A stretch of 63,771 bases of DNA, counting the filler, from Reclinomonas americana ATCC 50394 (lineage: Eukaryota): the NCBI GenBank assembly GCA_048213135.1. It is 4 parts of 2 records of this genome, joined end to end, with 100 filler letters (N's around TTAATTAATTAA, not from the genome) between each part and the next. Parts side by side here need not be neighbours in the genome. Positions count along the whole stretch, not along the records: positions 39,051 to 63,771 come from PS015176.1; 3 more parts are not named here. One strand, 5' to 3'. Under the pieces are notes generated by a model. The model saw nothing but the letters and a program-made list of their open reading frames with translations, did not search any database and had not been told where the DNA came from. Shown here in pieces: positions 52,901 through 63,771 of the stretch (position 1 is the stretch's first letter; every line of letters begins with the position of its first letter). The position numbers were made by a program, and so were the translations under genes.

Positions 52901-54562
52901 GGCGTCCTCCCCAGTCGTGCACTGTCGCGGCCTGCCTCACATGAGATGTCGGTGCACAGCGGCCAGCATTCACGGTGACAAGCATCAGGAGGAGCGCGAT
53001 GAGGCGTTGAGGGCGTTCAAGAATCAGCTGGTGCCGATTCTGTGTGCCACCGATGTGGCCGCTCGCGGTCTCGACATCCCCTCGGTGAAAACCGTCATCA
53101 ACTTTGATGCGGCGCGCGATATTGATTCGCACGTGCACCGCATCGGTCGCACGGGTCGTGCCGGGATGAAGGATGGCCTTGCCATCACACTGGTGCTGCG
53201 CAAGGATTCAGCCTTTGCGTGTGACTTGGTGCAGAATTTGGAAGGTGGGGTTTGTGTTTCGCTTGAGGTGATCCGTGGAGGAGCGGCACTGACACGCGGG
53301 TGCAGTGGCCGGACAGCCAGTGCCGCAAGAGTTGATTGATGTGGCTTCGAGGGTGAGCGGTGCTTGCTCCCTTACCCCATCTACCGGTGTCTTCTCACGA
53401 TGCTGTGCTTGTGTGCGACAGAATCCTCGATTCCGACGAGTGCAGGGTGGCCGTGGTCGAGGTGATGTCACACGGGCGTGTCTCGCATTGTCGTCGTATA
53501 CTGACTTGCATCGCCAGGCCGGGGACGCGGTGGCGGGCGCGGTCGTGGCATTCCTCCGCCCACCGGCTTGCCTGGCATCGGCAGCGGCAGTGGTGGCGCC
53601 GGAGGATCGAGTGGAGCGACGCCGGTGTTTGCCAGGTCGTCAACCTCGTACGCCACCGTGCCCGGTGGGGCAGGAGGTGGTGCGGCCATTCCACCGCCAG
53701 TTGCGAAGGAATAGGGGAAATGGCAGTAGGGATTCTGTTCTCTCCCGTCTGTGTCCTCACTCTACTCGCACAGTTGCCGGTGAACATTCCAAGCGGCGTC
53801 AACGCAGCCACTGCGGCCGTGCTTGCCAAGCTGCAGATGCAACACGGTGCCGATGGCGGGAGTCGCGGTCGCGGCGGTGGTGGTGGCGGTGGTGGTGGCT
53901 ATGGTGGCGGTGGTGGTGGTGGCGGTGGTGGTGGCCGATCGTACAGCTCGTCGTCGTACGACCGCCCACCGTCCTACGGGTGCGTTTCGTGTGGCATGCG
54001 TGCTGGTGATTCTCCGCTCACTCATTATTGTTGCGCGCACAGATCCGGGAGTCGGAGTGAGGCTGTCTCCGAGTTGCAAGGCCAGTATCGGTCGCAACTG
54101 GAGAACAAACTCAAGTCGTCGTTCGTCTCCTCGGGTGCGTGCACACCGAGTTGCAGTACGAGTGTTGTGGTGGTAGCACGTTGTCGTTGTTGTTGATGGC
54201 AGTCACGCGACAGGTGTCGAGGTGTCGCAGCAGCCGCCTCCGCCGCCTCCGCCGCCTCCCGAGGAACCCGTCGCGCCCGGACTCGAGATCGAACCACCAA
54301 AGAAGAAGTCGTTTGTGGTGGTGCAGGTGCGGTCAGCATTTCTACCTCCGTCATGCCTGCCTGCTCTGACCGTGTCTCGTGCACGCAGGCCAAGAAACCG
54401 CGTGCTCACGTTGTTGACGTGCGACCTGTGCCTCCTGTGGCAGCCGCACCGCCAGGCGCACCGGCCGGAGCCGCCCGTCCTAATGTTGCCGCCACTGTGC
54501 AAGCCAATTATCAGCGCTTCCTGGCCGAGAAAGCCGCACGTGAGGCCGCACAACGTCGATGA
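49925..54562 (+). CDS. DDX42: DEAD-box RNA helicase DDX42 (SF3b125)
   Basis: [81 protein letters not shown]. Confidence 0.93.
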
Positions 54563-54739
54563 ATAAATTTGCGGTGGGACACTCATGTCCTCTCACTCAT
54601 TCACTCACGCGACGTTGTGTGCGTACGCTTCCCCCCCATCACAGTCCGTGGGATGCGATTTATGTCGTTGTGGCTTACCCGCGCGTGTGTGTGTTGTGGT
54701 TGCAGTGAGGATCTTTGTCAATTCACCTGAATCACAATC

Positions 54740-54750
54740 ATGGCAGAGGG
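54740..54750 (+). CDS. RPS12: 40S ribosomal protein eS12, exon 1 (MAEG)
   Basis: ATGGCAGAGGG|GTGAGT; phase 2 matches the acceptor at 55760 on the inverted contig. Confidence 0.65.
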
Positions 54751-55040
54751 GTGAGTGGACGCCATTGTCGCCATGTTGCACACACACACGCACGCTCTTG
54801 TGGGAGTAGGAAGAGGGGGATGGCAGAGGAAGACAGTAGGTNNNNNNNNNNNNNNNNNNNNNNNNNNNNNNNNNNNNNNNNNNNNNNNNNNNNNNNNNNN
54901 NNNNNNNNNNNNNNNNNNNNNNNNNNNNNNNNNNNNNNNNNNNNNNNNNNNNNNNNNNNNNNNNNNNNNNNNNNNNNNNNNNNNNNNNNNNNNNNNNNNN
55001 NNNNNNNNNNNNNNNNNNNNNNNNNNNNNNNNNNNNNNNN

Positions 55041-55187
55041 CCCGACGCGCCCACCATCGACGAGGAGCGGCAGGCGTGGTTGCGACGGCGCACGGCCGAG
55101 TTGGAGATTGCCGCTCGACAGACCCTCACCGTCCTCATCCGTGGAACCGCAAGCAAGACAGCAGGAGCAGCAGCGACAGGTCAATAG
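55041..55187 (+). CDS. Probable C-terminus of the 56055-57197 gene, on inverted contig
   Basis: PDAPTIDEERQAWLRRRTAELEIAARQTLTVLIRG...GQ* continues ...DTLLV in frame if the contig is flipped. Confidence 0.55.
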   Translation, partial: PDAPTIDEERQAWLRRRTAELEIAARQTLTVLIRGTASKTAGAAATGQ

Positions 55188-55267
55188 AGGCTCTTTTGCC
55201 CGTCCGTGTACATTTCGTTCACGAACGAGGGGTGGAGAGAGAAGAAAAGCAAGGGGAAGGAAGGGCC

Positions 55268-55760
55268 TTACTGGCTGGCCGACGCGAGGTGGTTGCGGAG
55301 CACCTGCAGCGCCTCCGTCTCCTCACCGTAGTTGGTGACGACGGCGACCGAGGTCTTGACGACCTTGCGCACCTCACCGTCCTCGTACTTGGCCAGACCG
55401 CACATCTCGCCGAGCTCCTCGCGCGTGTCGACCTGTGTGTGCGTGTGTGTGTGAGCCCTCATGCCAGCACATCGTGGGATGGGGTGACAAGGGAGAGGGG
55501 ACGCAACGCGGACGAGCTTGACGTCGTGCTCACTGCACAGGGCCTCGACGAGGTTCTTGATGCCCTCCTCCTCGCAGCTCTCGGCCAGGATGCACAGCTG
55601 GGCAGCGCGTTGCGCAAGGCGCTTGGCGCACTCGTGGATGCCACGAGCCAGACCGTCGTGCACCAGAGCCTTCTTCAGCACCTGGCGCAGAGCTCCATTG
55701 AAATCCAAGCCAGCGTCCGCAACGGCGGCGGCCACAATGACGTTAACAGCGACTGCGTCT
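55268..55760 (-). CDS. RPS12: 40S ribosomal protein eS12, exons 2-3
   Basis: ALRQVLKKALVHDGLARGIHECAK..LVEALCSEH..|LGEMCGL..RKVVKTSVAVVTNYGEE. Confidence 0.95.
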
Positions 55761-56054
55761 CTGTGGAAGACACAGGAGAGTGAGTGCGTGTGTGTGCATG
55801 TTTGGTGACGACATGTGCACCGCCGCCCACCACCACCGCCATTGATGATTGCGTGGAGAGAATAGGCAAGGGAAGGAGCATAGGGATACAGTGAAGAGAG
55901 CACAGAGCCTGCATGGTGCTCTGCAAGCCTGCACAGTGCTCTCCACTGCTAGTGGGACATGCTGCCATGCCTCACACACTCACACTCACACTCACACACA
56001 AAGAGAGCTCGTCGGTGCCATCCTACACACGCGCNNNNNNNNNNNNNNNNNNNN

Positions 56055-57197
56055 CACCAGCAACGTGTCAGTCTGCTGCTCTGTCCCCATGGTAGTGGTA
56101 GTCATCGTGGTGGTGGTGGCGGTCATTGACGACGACGATGACGGGGCCGATGATGAGCGTAATATCGGCGACTCTGCGCGATAGCTGCGGATCGCCTGCA
56201 GGTGTTCGTCGCAATCGCGGCGCATCTGTTGCATCTGCTGGCGCAGCATGTCGTTGAGATCCTCGACCCGACGCGTGGCGGCCTCTGCCACCGCCGCTCG
56301 TCTCTCTGCGTCGGCAATGAGCACTCGGTAGCGCGCCTCGGCAGCCTCCAGCGCCAACTGCTTGTCTCGGCGGTACAGTTCTTCGCTTCGAGCAAATCGC
56401 TGCTCCTGCTCCAGCAGATTGCGACGGTGGAGGTCGCGCAGCGCCTGTACGGCCTCGTGCAGCGTCTTGTCGAAGCGGCCCTTGCGCAGGGCTGTACGGG
56501 GAAAAAAGGGCGGAGCTCGTGAGAAAGAGAGAGAGAAGAACGGGGAAAGCGATGGTCACCTTCCGCTTGCTCGTACTCTTGCAGCCGGGCCGCCATGGCC
56601 TCGGTTTGGCGTCGCTTCTCTTGCAGCTGCTGCTGGAGGCTCTCGGGAGTGCGCAGCGACAGCTCATCGTCCTCGCTGAGGGCCGACGATTCGGCTGCCG
56701 TGAGCACCCCGCCACCCTTGACGCTGCCGCCGGCACCACCACCCATGGAGGAGCCTTTGGGAACCATGGGCCGGAGACTGCCACCGGTGCCGCCAGTGCC
56801 CGACTGCGCGAGACGGAAGATGAGCAAGATTTCCAGTGGCTGAGGAAGGCAAACAGACGTACCGCCGTTGTGCCAAAGTATGCATCCCATTCCTTGAGCA
56901 GTGCCTCGCATTGTTTCAGTCGCTTGTCCTTGGCCTCCAGCTGCGACGTGTACAGCTTCTCGAGTGCATCGACCTGACTCAACACCTCGTGCGACAAGTC
57001 AAAGAGGAAGCGCGCCGTGCGCCCTCCCGCCGCGTCGTACACCCCGGCACCTGCGGCTGCCGTCAGCGTACACGTGAAGAGGCCCGTACAGATGATTGCT
57101 TCGTACCTTTATTTTCGTAGTGCAGACAGATCTTGCGCAGCTGGTCAAACGAGCTCTGCGGGAGGTGGCGGTACGAGACCCCGTGATGGATGGGCAT
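56055..57197 (-). CDS. Coiled-coil protein of unknown function
   Basis: MPIHHGVSYRH..|GAGVYD..LEAKDKRLKQCEALLKEWDAYF..; heptad-rich exons with GT-AG introns. Confidence 0.6.
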
Positions 57198-57525
57198 GGG
57201 TGACACACTGGGTGATGGGAGGTGAGTTATGGGAAGGCTCTTTCGTCACTGCTCTCTGAGTCAGAGAATAGAAGCACTGTCACAACAAGGCGCGATTGAC
57301 AGCTGTGTGGCTGTGGCCTTCTCTCTCTCACACGCTCTCTCACAGATAATGAAAGCACCGTGTTCTTCAGCCTCGTGAGTGATCGTGTGTGACGTCTTCT
57401 CTATTTCTCTCTCATTCTCTCTCATTCAATGACAGCACCGTGCTTTTCAGCCTCGCCAAGGCGCGACTGACAGCTGTGTGATTGTGTGTGCCTCTCTGTG
57501 TCTCTNNNNNNNNNNNNNNNNNNNN

Positions 57526-57635
57526 GGAGTACGCCGAGAGCGACAAGTCGGTGGACGCATTGCGTGACGAGACGCGCAGGATCTTTGAGCGTTGCGTGGC
57601 GAGGTGGTGGGAAGGGGAGGAGAGAGCAAGAGAGA

Positions 57636-57678
<43 letters not shown>

Positions 57679-58034
57679 GGTGCTTATTGTCTTCCTGTCT
57701 CATCGAGCTTCCCTTCTACTCGTCACACATCACAGCAGGTGTTACTTTTGCTCACCGTTGCACTCTCTACACCTGCGCAGAGACTCAACAACGACAGTCA
57801 CTCGGCAAGCGGAGCCGCAAGTCGGAAGTCGACGAGATCATGCTCACTGGTCGACAGAAAAAGGCAGGAGGCGACGACGACGATGATGATGATGGCGGCG
57901 ATGCACCGCCACACAAGCGACATGTGAGTGACCTCCTCCTGTGTCACAACTGTTGCACTGTGCGTCGAATCGCTCATTCTTTGTGTGACACGCAGGCATC
58001 GGAGCCGGCAAGCAGGAAGCAGAAGGCGAGGTGA
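57526..58034 (+). CDS. RBM19: RBM19/MRD1 C-terminal exons, on inverted contig
   Basis: TT (59667, minus) + G (57526) makes Leu: HLYGRHLV-L-EYAESDKSVDALRDETRRIF, completing the last RRM. Confidence 0.85.
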
Positions 58035-58151
58035 ATGCAGCCAAAATAATCATGGTCTTGTATTGGGGGAGGGGGGGCGTTCATTGCAGTTCGTTTGCAA
58101 AGAAAGAGAGCGACGCAAGCACACTCCCGCCTTTGCCACGAGCGCGATATC

Positions 58152-59113
58152 TTAGTGCTGGTGCAAGTGCGTGCGCGAAGACATGGTGTTGGCAATACCA
58201 ATCACGCACGCGCCCTTCTTGGCGCCACTGTTGCCGGAAGGCTGCGAAAGGCAGAATAGAGTGAATATGACGAGCTGTGGAGAAAGAATTAGTGAGACAC
58301 TCGACGCACTTGCGAGGTGCAGTCGTCGGTGCCCTCGTGAATGATGATGGCGCGACCGAGGACCGGGTTCTGTGCGGTCAGGGTGACTCGGAAACTGTGC
58401 GGTAAAAAGAGTCAGTCGAGAATCGACGTGGCGACAATCACATACGTGTCGCACCCGGCAATGATCTGCGCGATGCCGCGACCCTGGGCATCCGACATCA
58501 GGTTGCCGAGGTCGCCTGCAACAGAAACATGTCTTTTTTAGCCATCAGAGGCGGTGGTGGGTCGGCAAAGAGCACGCTGCTCACCATTGTGGCGCGATGC
58601 GCTGTCAAGGCAGCCGTGTGGCTGGTTGCTGTTGTGAGACTGGGTGGTGAGGGCGGCGAGCGTAGACGTGAGGTATCCGCAATCTTTGCAAACGCAACTC
58701 GGGGTTGTAGTGCGCGCCGACCGAGGCTCCACTGCGACAACATGAGCGAATACACACAGACAAGGAACAATTCTAGAGGGCTGTGGGGAGAAAACAATGT
58801 GACGCACGTGGGGTCCGACAGGTCGCCGAACTGGCGGGAGGAGGAGGGTGAGTCGTCGATCACGCGCATACACGTACGAATGCGCGCGCACACACACACA
58901 CACCTCGTGAATGTGCACGCCGTGGTTAGTGCTGTGACGGGGGGGAAATGGGAATGAGCGACAACAACGCGTGCGACGAGGGCTCACGCCCGGCGCTCAA
59001 CTTGGGAGTCAGGCCGGTGACATTGAACTGCACAGCGCAGCACAACACGAATGAGCATCGCACAAAGAACAATTGATCCGACGACTCACCGAGAACTGGA
59101 ACCCAATGCCGGG
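58152..59113 (-). CDS. Cu/Zn superoxide dismutase family protein, 5' truncated
   Basis: GLTPN|TNHGVHIHE|FGDLS..GAHYNPD|NQPHGC..RHNG|DLGN..VLGRAIIIHEGTDDC..GNSGAKKGACVIG; metal ligands present. Confidence 0.9.
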
Positions 59114-59175
59114 CTGCAGACACACAGAGAGAGGGAGCTTAGCGGTCATCACGGCTCCCTTCTTCTTCTTCTTCT

Positions 59176-59220
<45 letters not shown>

Positions 59221-59666
59221 NNNNNNNNNNNNNNNNNNNNNNNNNNNNNNNNNNNNNNNNNNNNNNNNNNNNNNNNNNNNNNNNNNNNNNNNNNNNNNNN
59301 NNNNNNNNNNNNNNNNNNNNNNNNNNNNNNNNNNNNNNNNNNNNNNNNNNNNNNNNNNNNNNNNNNNNNNNNNNNNNNNNNNNNNNNNNNNNNNNNNNNN
59401 NNNNNNNNNNNNNNNNNNNNNNNNNNNNNNNNNNNNNNNNNNNNNNNNNNNNNNNNNNNNNNNNNNNNNNNNNNNNNNNNNNNNNNNNNNNNNNNNNNNN
59501 NNNNNNNNNNNNNNNNNNNNNNNNNNNNNNNNNNNNNNNNNNNNNNNNNNNNNNNNNNNNNNNNNNNNNNNNNNNNNNNNNNNNNNNNNNNNNNNNNNNN
59601 NNNNNNNNNNNNNNNNNNNNNNNNNNNNNNNNNNNNNNNNNNNNNNNNNNNNNNNNNNNNNNNNNN

Positions 59667-62600
59667 AACACCAAATGCCGCCCATACAAGTGTGTGTGAT
59701 ACAGGGCGGTGAACGCATTGGCCGCCTCTTGCGGTGTGAGAAACTCGACAAAGGCGAATCCACGATGCCGACCATCGAAGCGTTTCGGGATGCGCAGTGA
59801 CTTGACCTGGCCGCACGCTCTACGCACATTCACATTCACAGCGTGAGTCGCTGACCCGGGACGGGGTAGCGCAGCAACAAAAAAAAAACGCAACGAGAAC
59901 AGCTCTTGCATCTCCTTTCGAGTGGCCTGGAATGGCACATTGCGCACCATCAGCTTGGTCCTGGTCTCCTTTTTCTCGGCGGGCGCACTCGCTGTCGCTG
60001 TCGTTGCAGTGGTCGCAGAGCCTGCCGAATCTTTTGTTGCCGCTGCTGCGGTGCCGCCACTTGCTCCCGACGCCGAAGCCGTCATACCGCTGCGAGAGAA
60101 CTGAATTTCGAGGGCATGCTCGTCCACCACGACGCCCTGCAGACAAGCACCCAAGTACTAGATTTTCAGTACACACTGCGTGGAAAAAATCCCTATGCAT
60201 CGGCGACATTAGAAACCTGCAATTCTTGCATCGCACGCATCGCCTCGTCCTTCTTGCCGTACTCCACAAACGCAAAGCCACGCTTCTTTCCATCCTTCAC
60301 TGGCAACACCACCGCACGCAGCTTGCCTGCACCGACAGTGAGACGACACGGGGCAGCACTAGCCGCGAGAGGCATGTGTGACGCACCAAACTGGGAGAAC
60401 AGCTTGTTCACTTGCGTGTCCGTCGTCTCGTAATTCAGATTTCTCACATACAGCGTCGACGACTGCACCTCTTCTCCATCGTCGCCTGCTGCGCCCACTC
60501 CGTTGGTAATACCGAGCGCTGCATGGTGCAGAGAGGTGTGAGCAGCAGAACCAGACACACACACACACACACACACATGCGCACGTGCGACTCACCGGCG
60601 CGTTTCGAAGCCTGTTTGAGAGCTGGATCGACGAGGCCACGTGGCGCCCACTCGAGATAGAGCGGCTGCTCGTGGTACGGCCGGAAGGCCAACCCGCGGA
60701 ACGCTAGGCGAGCTTGCGATGGCTCCACGAAATCCGCCACGGCAATGCCGCTGGCGGGAATCAGGTGGAACTGCAGTACGACAAGCGCGCGAGGAGAAGG
60801 CGTCAATGCATGCCAAGTTCGAGAAACAACTGCCATGCAGATGCACACGCAACGGTAGCCACGGCACCGTACGCGGCAAACATGGTCCTCAGCTCCTGAT
60901 CTGTGGCACTTGGCGACAAATTCTTCACCAGCATCGTGGTCTTACTGCGTTCGCTCTTGTCGAGTTTTGTGCTGCGCTGTGTCATGGAACGCAGAATGTC
61001 GGCGTTGATGCCGAGCTGCGAGACCAGTCACACCGATGAGGGTGAGTCGTCGACACGTGGAGCAGAGTGCAGCGAGCGACCGAGGCACCTTTTCAAGCTC
61101 ATCCTTGGCGTCGGCCAGCAATCGTGTTTCTCCCAGGGCCACGCGCACAGCCATCGAGTCGCGACTGAACGGATCGAGGAAGGTGGCCTTGTTCACACCC
61201 AGCATGTCTGACACGCCGGTGGCCACCGTGTTGCTCTGTGAGAAGAGAGAGAGTGTGTGTGAGAACAACACTGTCTATCAGAGACAGCAAGTGCGCTTAC
61301 ACGGTAAGCACGTGCCTTCACAAAGAGAGGATTCCACGCCGACGCGTCATTGGCCCCGGCTTTCAACTTCATCTCCTTGAGTTTTTTGTACGACGAGCGT
61401 GCATCCTTGGACACTTGCGTGCCGGAGGTCGCTGACTTTGGCGGCTGCTCGGCCTTCAACACGTGAAGCAGGCGACCCTGAATGCGAGAATGAATCAACG
61501 CGGGTGAGTCACGTGGCAATATACAACGAGAACGCATGCAAACACACCTGGAAAATGTCACCGTCGAGCGCCTTGAGCGCGGCCTCAGCCTGCGCCGGCG
61601 TCTCGAACGTCACATAGGCAAAGCCCTTTGGTTTCGATGTGTCTCGATCGAGTGGAAGATGCACCTGGGTGATAAATTGCAGTTAGGGGGAGGGCGAAGG
61701 GTTGAGAGATGTGGAGAGAACAGAGAAAGGTGAAACGAGAGTTGACAATGACGCGAGCACAAGGTCGGAGACTCGACAAAGCAGGGATGAAGACTGCAAT
61801 CACATAATCCCCATTCCACAACAATACGCACCTCTGTTACGCTGCCAAACGGCTGGCACAATTTCCACAGATCATCTTCCAGAATCGAAAAAGCTAGATT
61901 ACGGAGGAACAAGCGCGTGGTTGACACCGTCTGATCCGCTGCAGCTCCAGTGTACAGCTTGGTCGCTTCGTCAGCACTGCGTGCATGCACTGTCAATCGC
62001 GGAACCTCATGCTTCCACGAAATATAAACATCGCGACGTGCCTTTCCTCGTTATCCACCTCGGCATCCGACACACTGGCGCGTCGAAGAAGTACGTTCAT
62101 CAGCCGTCCATGCAAGCAGAGGTGATGCAACTGACAAGGAAAAAATCACGCAACGGTCCATCCTCTCCCTTGCTCTTTTTCTTTAGCTTCTTCTTCTTCT
62201 TCTTCGAAGCGATCGCCTCCCTGCAATATGGGCGCACATGCGATATGGCATGAGATGACTGCAGTGAGCAGAGAACACACACACAAACACACAAGCATCG
62301 CAACTCGTCCTCTGCCTCCTCGTCATCCGCATCCTCCGCCTGCTTCGACTTGCTCTTTTTCTTGTCCTTTTTTGACTTGCGATCGGATTTTGATGACAGT
62401 TTCCTGCATCGCACTGCTCAGCACGTCCATTTCCCGATCCGTGAACAGCAACGAGAGGCAACGCAACTCCTCGTCGCTCATTTCGGTGGTGTCCTCGGTC
62501 GCATCATGTGCAGTTCTGGTAAATTGCACAAAACACAGTCAGCGAGTGGGTGGGCGTTCTCCCAAAAGTCTCCTCGATTTGCGAAACTTGATCTTGGTGC

Positions 62601-63683
62601 GCAAAAAGTCGAGATCAGTCATGCTCGAATCAAACGCCGCACTCTGTTCGCGATCGCTCTCCGTCTCCTCCTCATCCTCTTCCTCCTCGGCCTCGCGCTC
62701 CATCTTGGCCTGCTCCCTTGCCGGCAAGTCCTCGTACAGGTCGTCGTCGGCGTCTCTTTCAACCGTGCCTACGGCTGCCGCACCAGACACCGCACCACTC
62801 GACAGCGCACCAGTGGCACTATCGGCCCAGATCTTTGTGTGCGAGCGCGGTTGCATGGCGGCGAGAAAGTCGGCCAGTTGCGGATCATTCACGTCGACCT
62901 GCATAGCAACAGTGAGTGACAACGCAAAGATCGCGAGGCGCACTGCCCCATCCGCAACTGAAGCATCGTGCTGTGCCAGCATTGCTGCTGGGGACTTGCT
63001 CTTCAGCGCCTTCTTGCGTTCCTTGGCGGCCTGGTTCACGCAATGTCAGCAAATGGTGAATAGTGCTTGCGTCGATTCTCTCTTTCTCTCTCTCACTCCC
63101 TCACCTCCCTCCCTCCCTCGCTGCCCATTCGCTTCACTCACCGCTCGCGTAGCCTTCTTGCTGACCTCGCGTTCCTCCGCCTCTGCCTGCTTCTTCTCCT
63201 CCGCCTCCTTCTTGGCCTTGGCGTGTCGACTCCACGGCATCGGCAACCGCTCATCGCCCACCTGCATAACATGCGGGTGTGAGATGGCAGAGGAGATACA
63301 ACAGGCGATCTCACACACTGCACGCGCGGACCTTGAACGCAGGCTCCACAGTCAGCCGCGCCGTACCCAAGAATGACTTGTTGAAGTAGCGAATGGCGGC
63401 CTCGGCCTCCTCTGGTGTGGTGAAACCCACGAATCCCATTCGTCGCGACTGCCCGTCCCTGCTCCGCAAAAGAGGCAAGAGGGGTGAGTGCGTGCGTGCG
63501 TGTGAGTGACGATCAGGCAGCCATGTGCACATGCACATCATCAACACAGGCGCGGACAAGTTCGCGCAACTTGGTCAACACTTTGACATCGGTGACGGCG
63601 CCACCGGCCTTGGAAAAGTGCTCCCGCAGCTGCCGCTCATCCACCTTGGGTGGCAAACCCTTGACGCACACGCGCGACGTCAT
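59667..63683 (-). CDS. RBM19: Multi-RRM pre-rRNA processing protein RBM19/MRD1
   Basis: MTSRVCVKGLP..TK|DGQSRRMGFVGF, RLFLRNL, FQGRLLHV, WNPLF, AVRVALGET, PLYLEWAP, KLMVRNVPFQAT, HRGFAFVEF. Confidence 0.95.
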
Positions 63684-63771
63684 CTGGACAGACGCGCACA
63701 TTACGTCATCTCTCGCTTTGTCCCCTCGTTTTTCGCACACAATGTCAACTCGCGGTGGTGGTGGCGGTGGT

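Overview
Gene-dense, intron-rich eukaryotic (protist-like) draft scaffold with many N gaps, TTAATTAATTAA contig linkers and microsatellites. I reconstructed about 25 spliced genes by eye: TCF25, a CMGC-kinase tail, PA28/PSME3, NDUFB9, mitochondrial IF2, GET2/CAML-like, SOUL, plastin, AOAH, TMEM243-like, sideroflexin, YIF1, inositol 5-phosphatase-C2, an ARM protein, DDX42, RPS12, Cu/Zn-SOD, RBM19 and several unknowns. Main signal: about 30 introns (roughly a quarter, estimated by eye) use an atypical 5' splice site [A/C/T]|GTTGCG that lacks both -1G and +5G. It looks like the common G|GTGCG donor shifted by one nucleotide, suggesting a second donor class. Also notable: a tandem pair of paralogous spliced microproteins; an AOAH lacking the catalytic Asp; very short intergenic spacers; and five contigs inverted relative to the genes they split (probably an assembly error). 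Gene models are manual and untested by transcripts.
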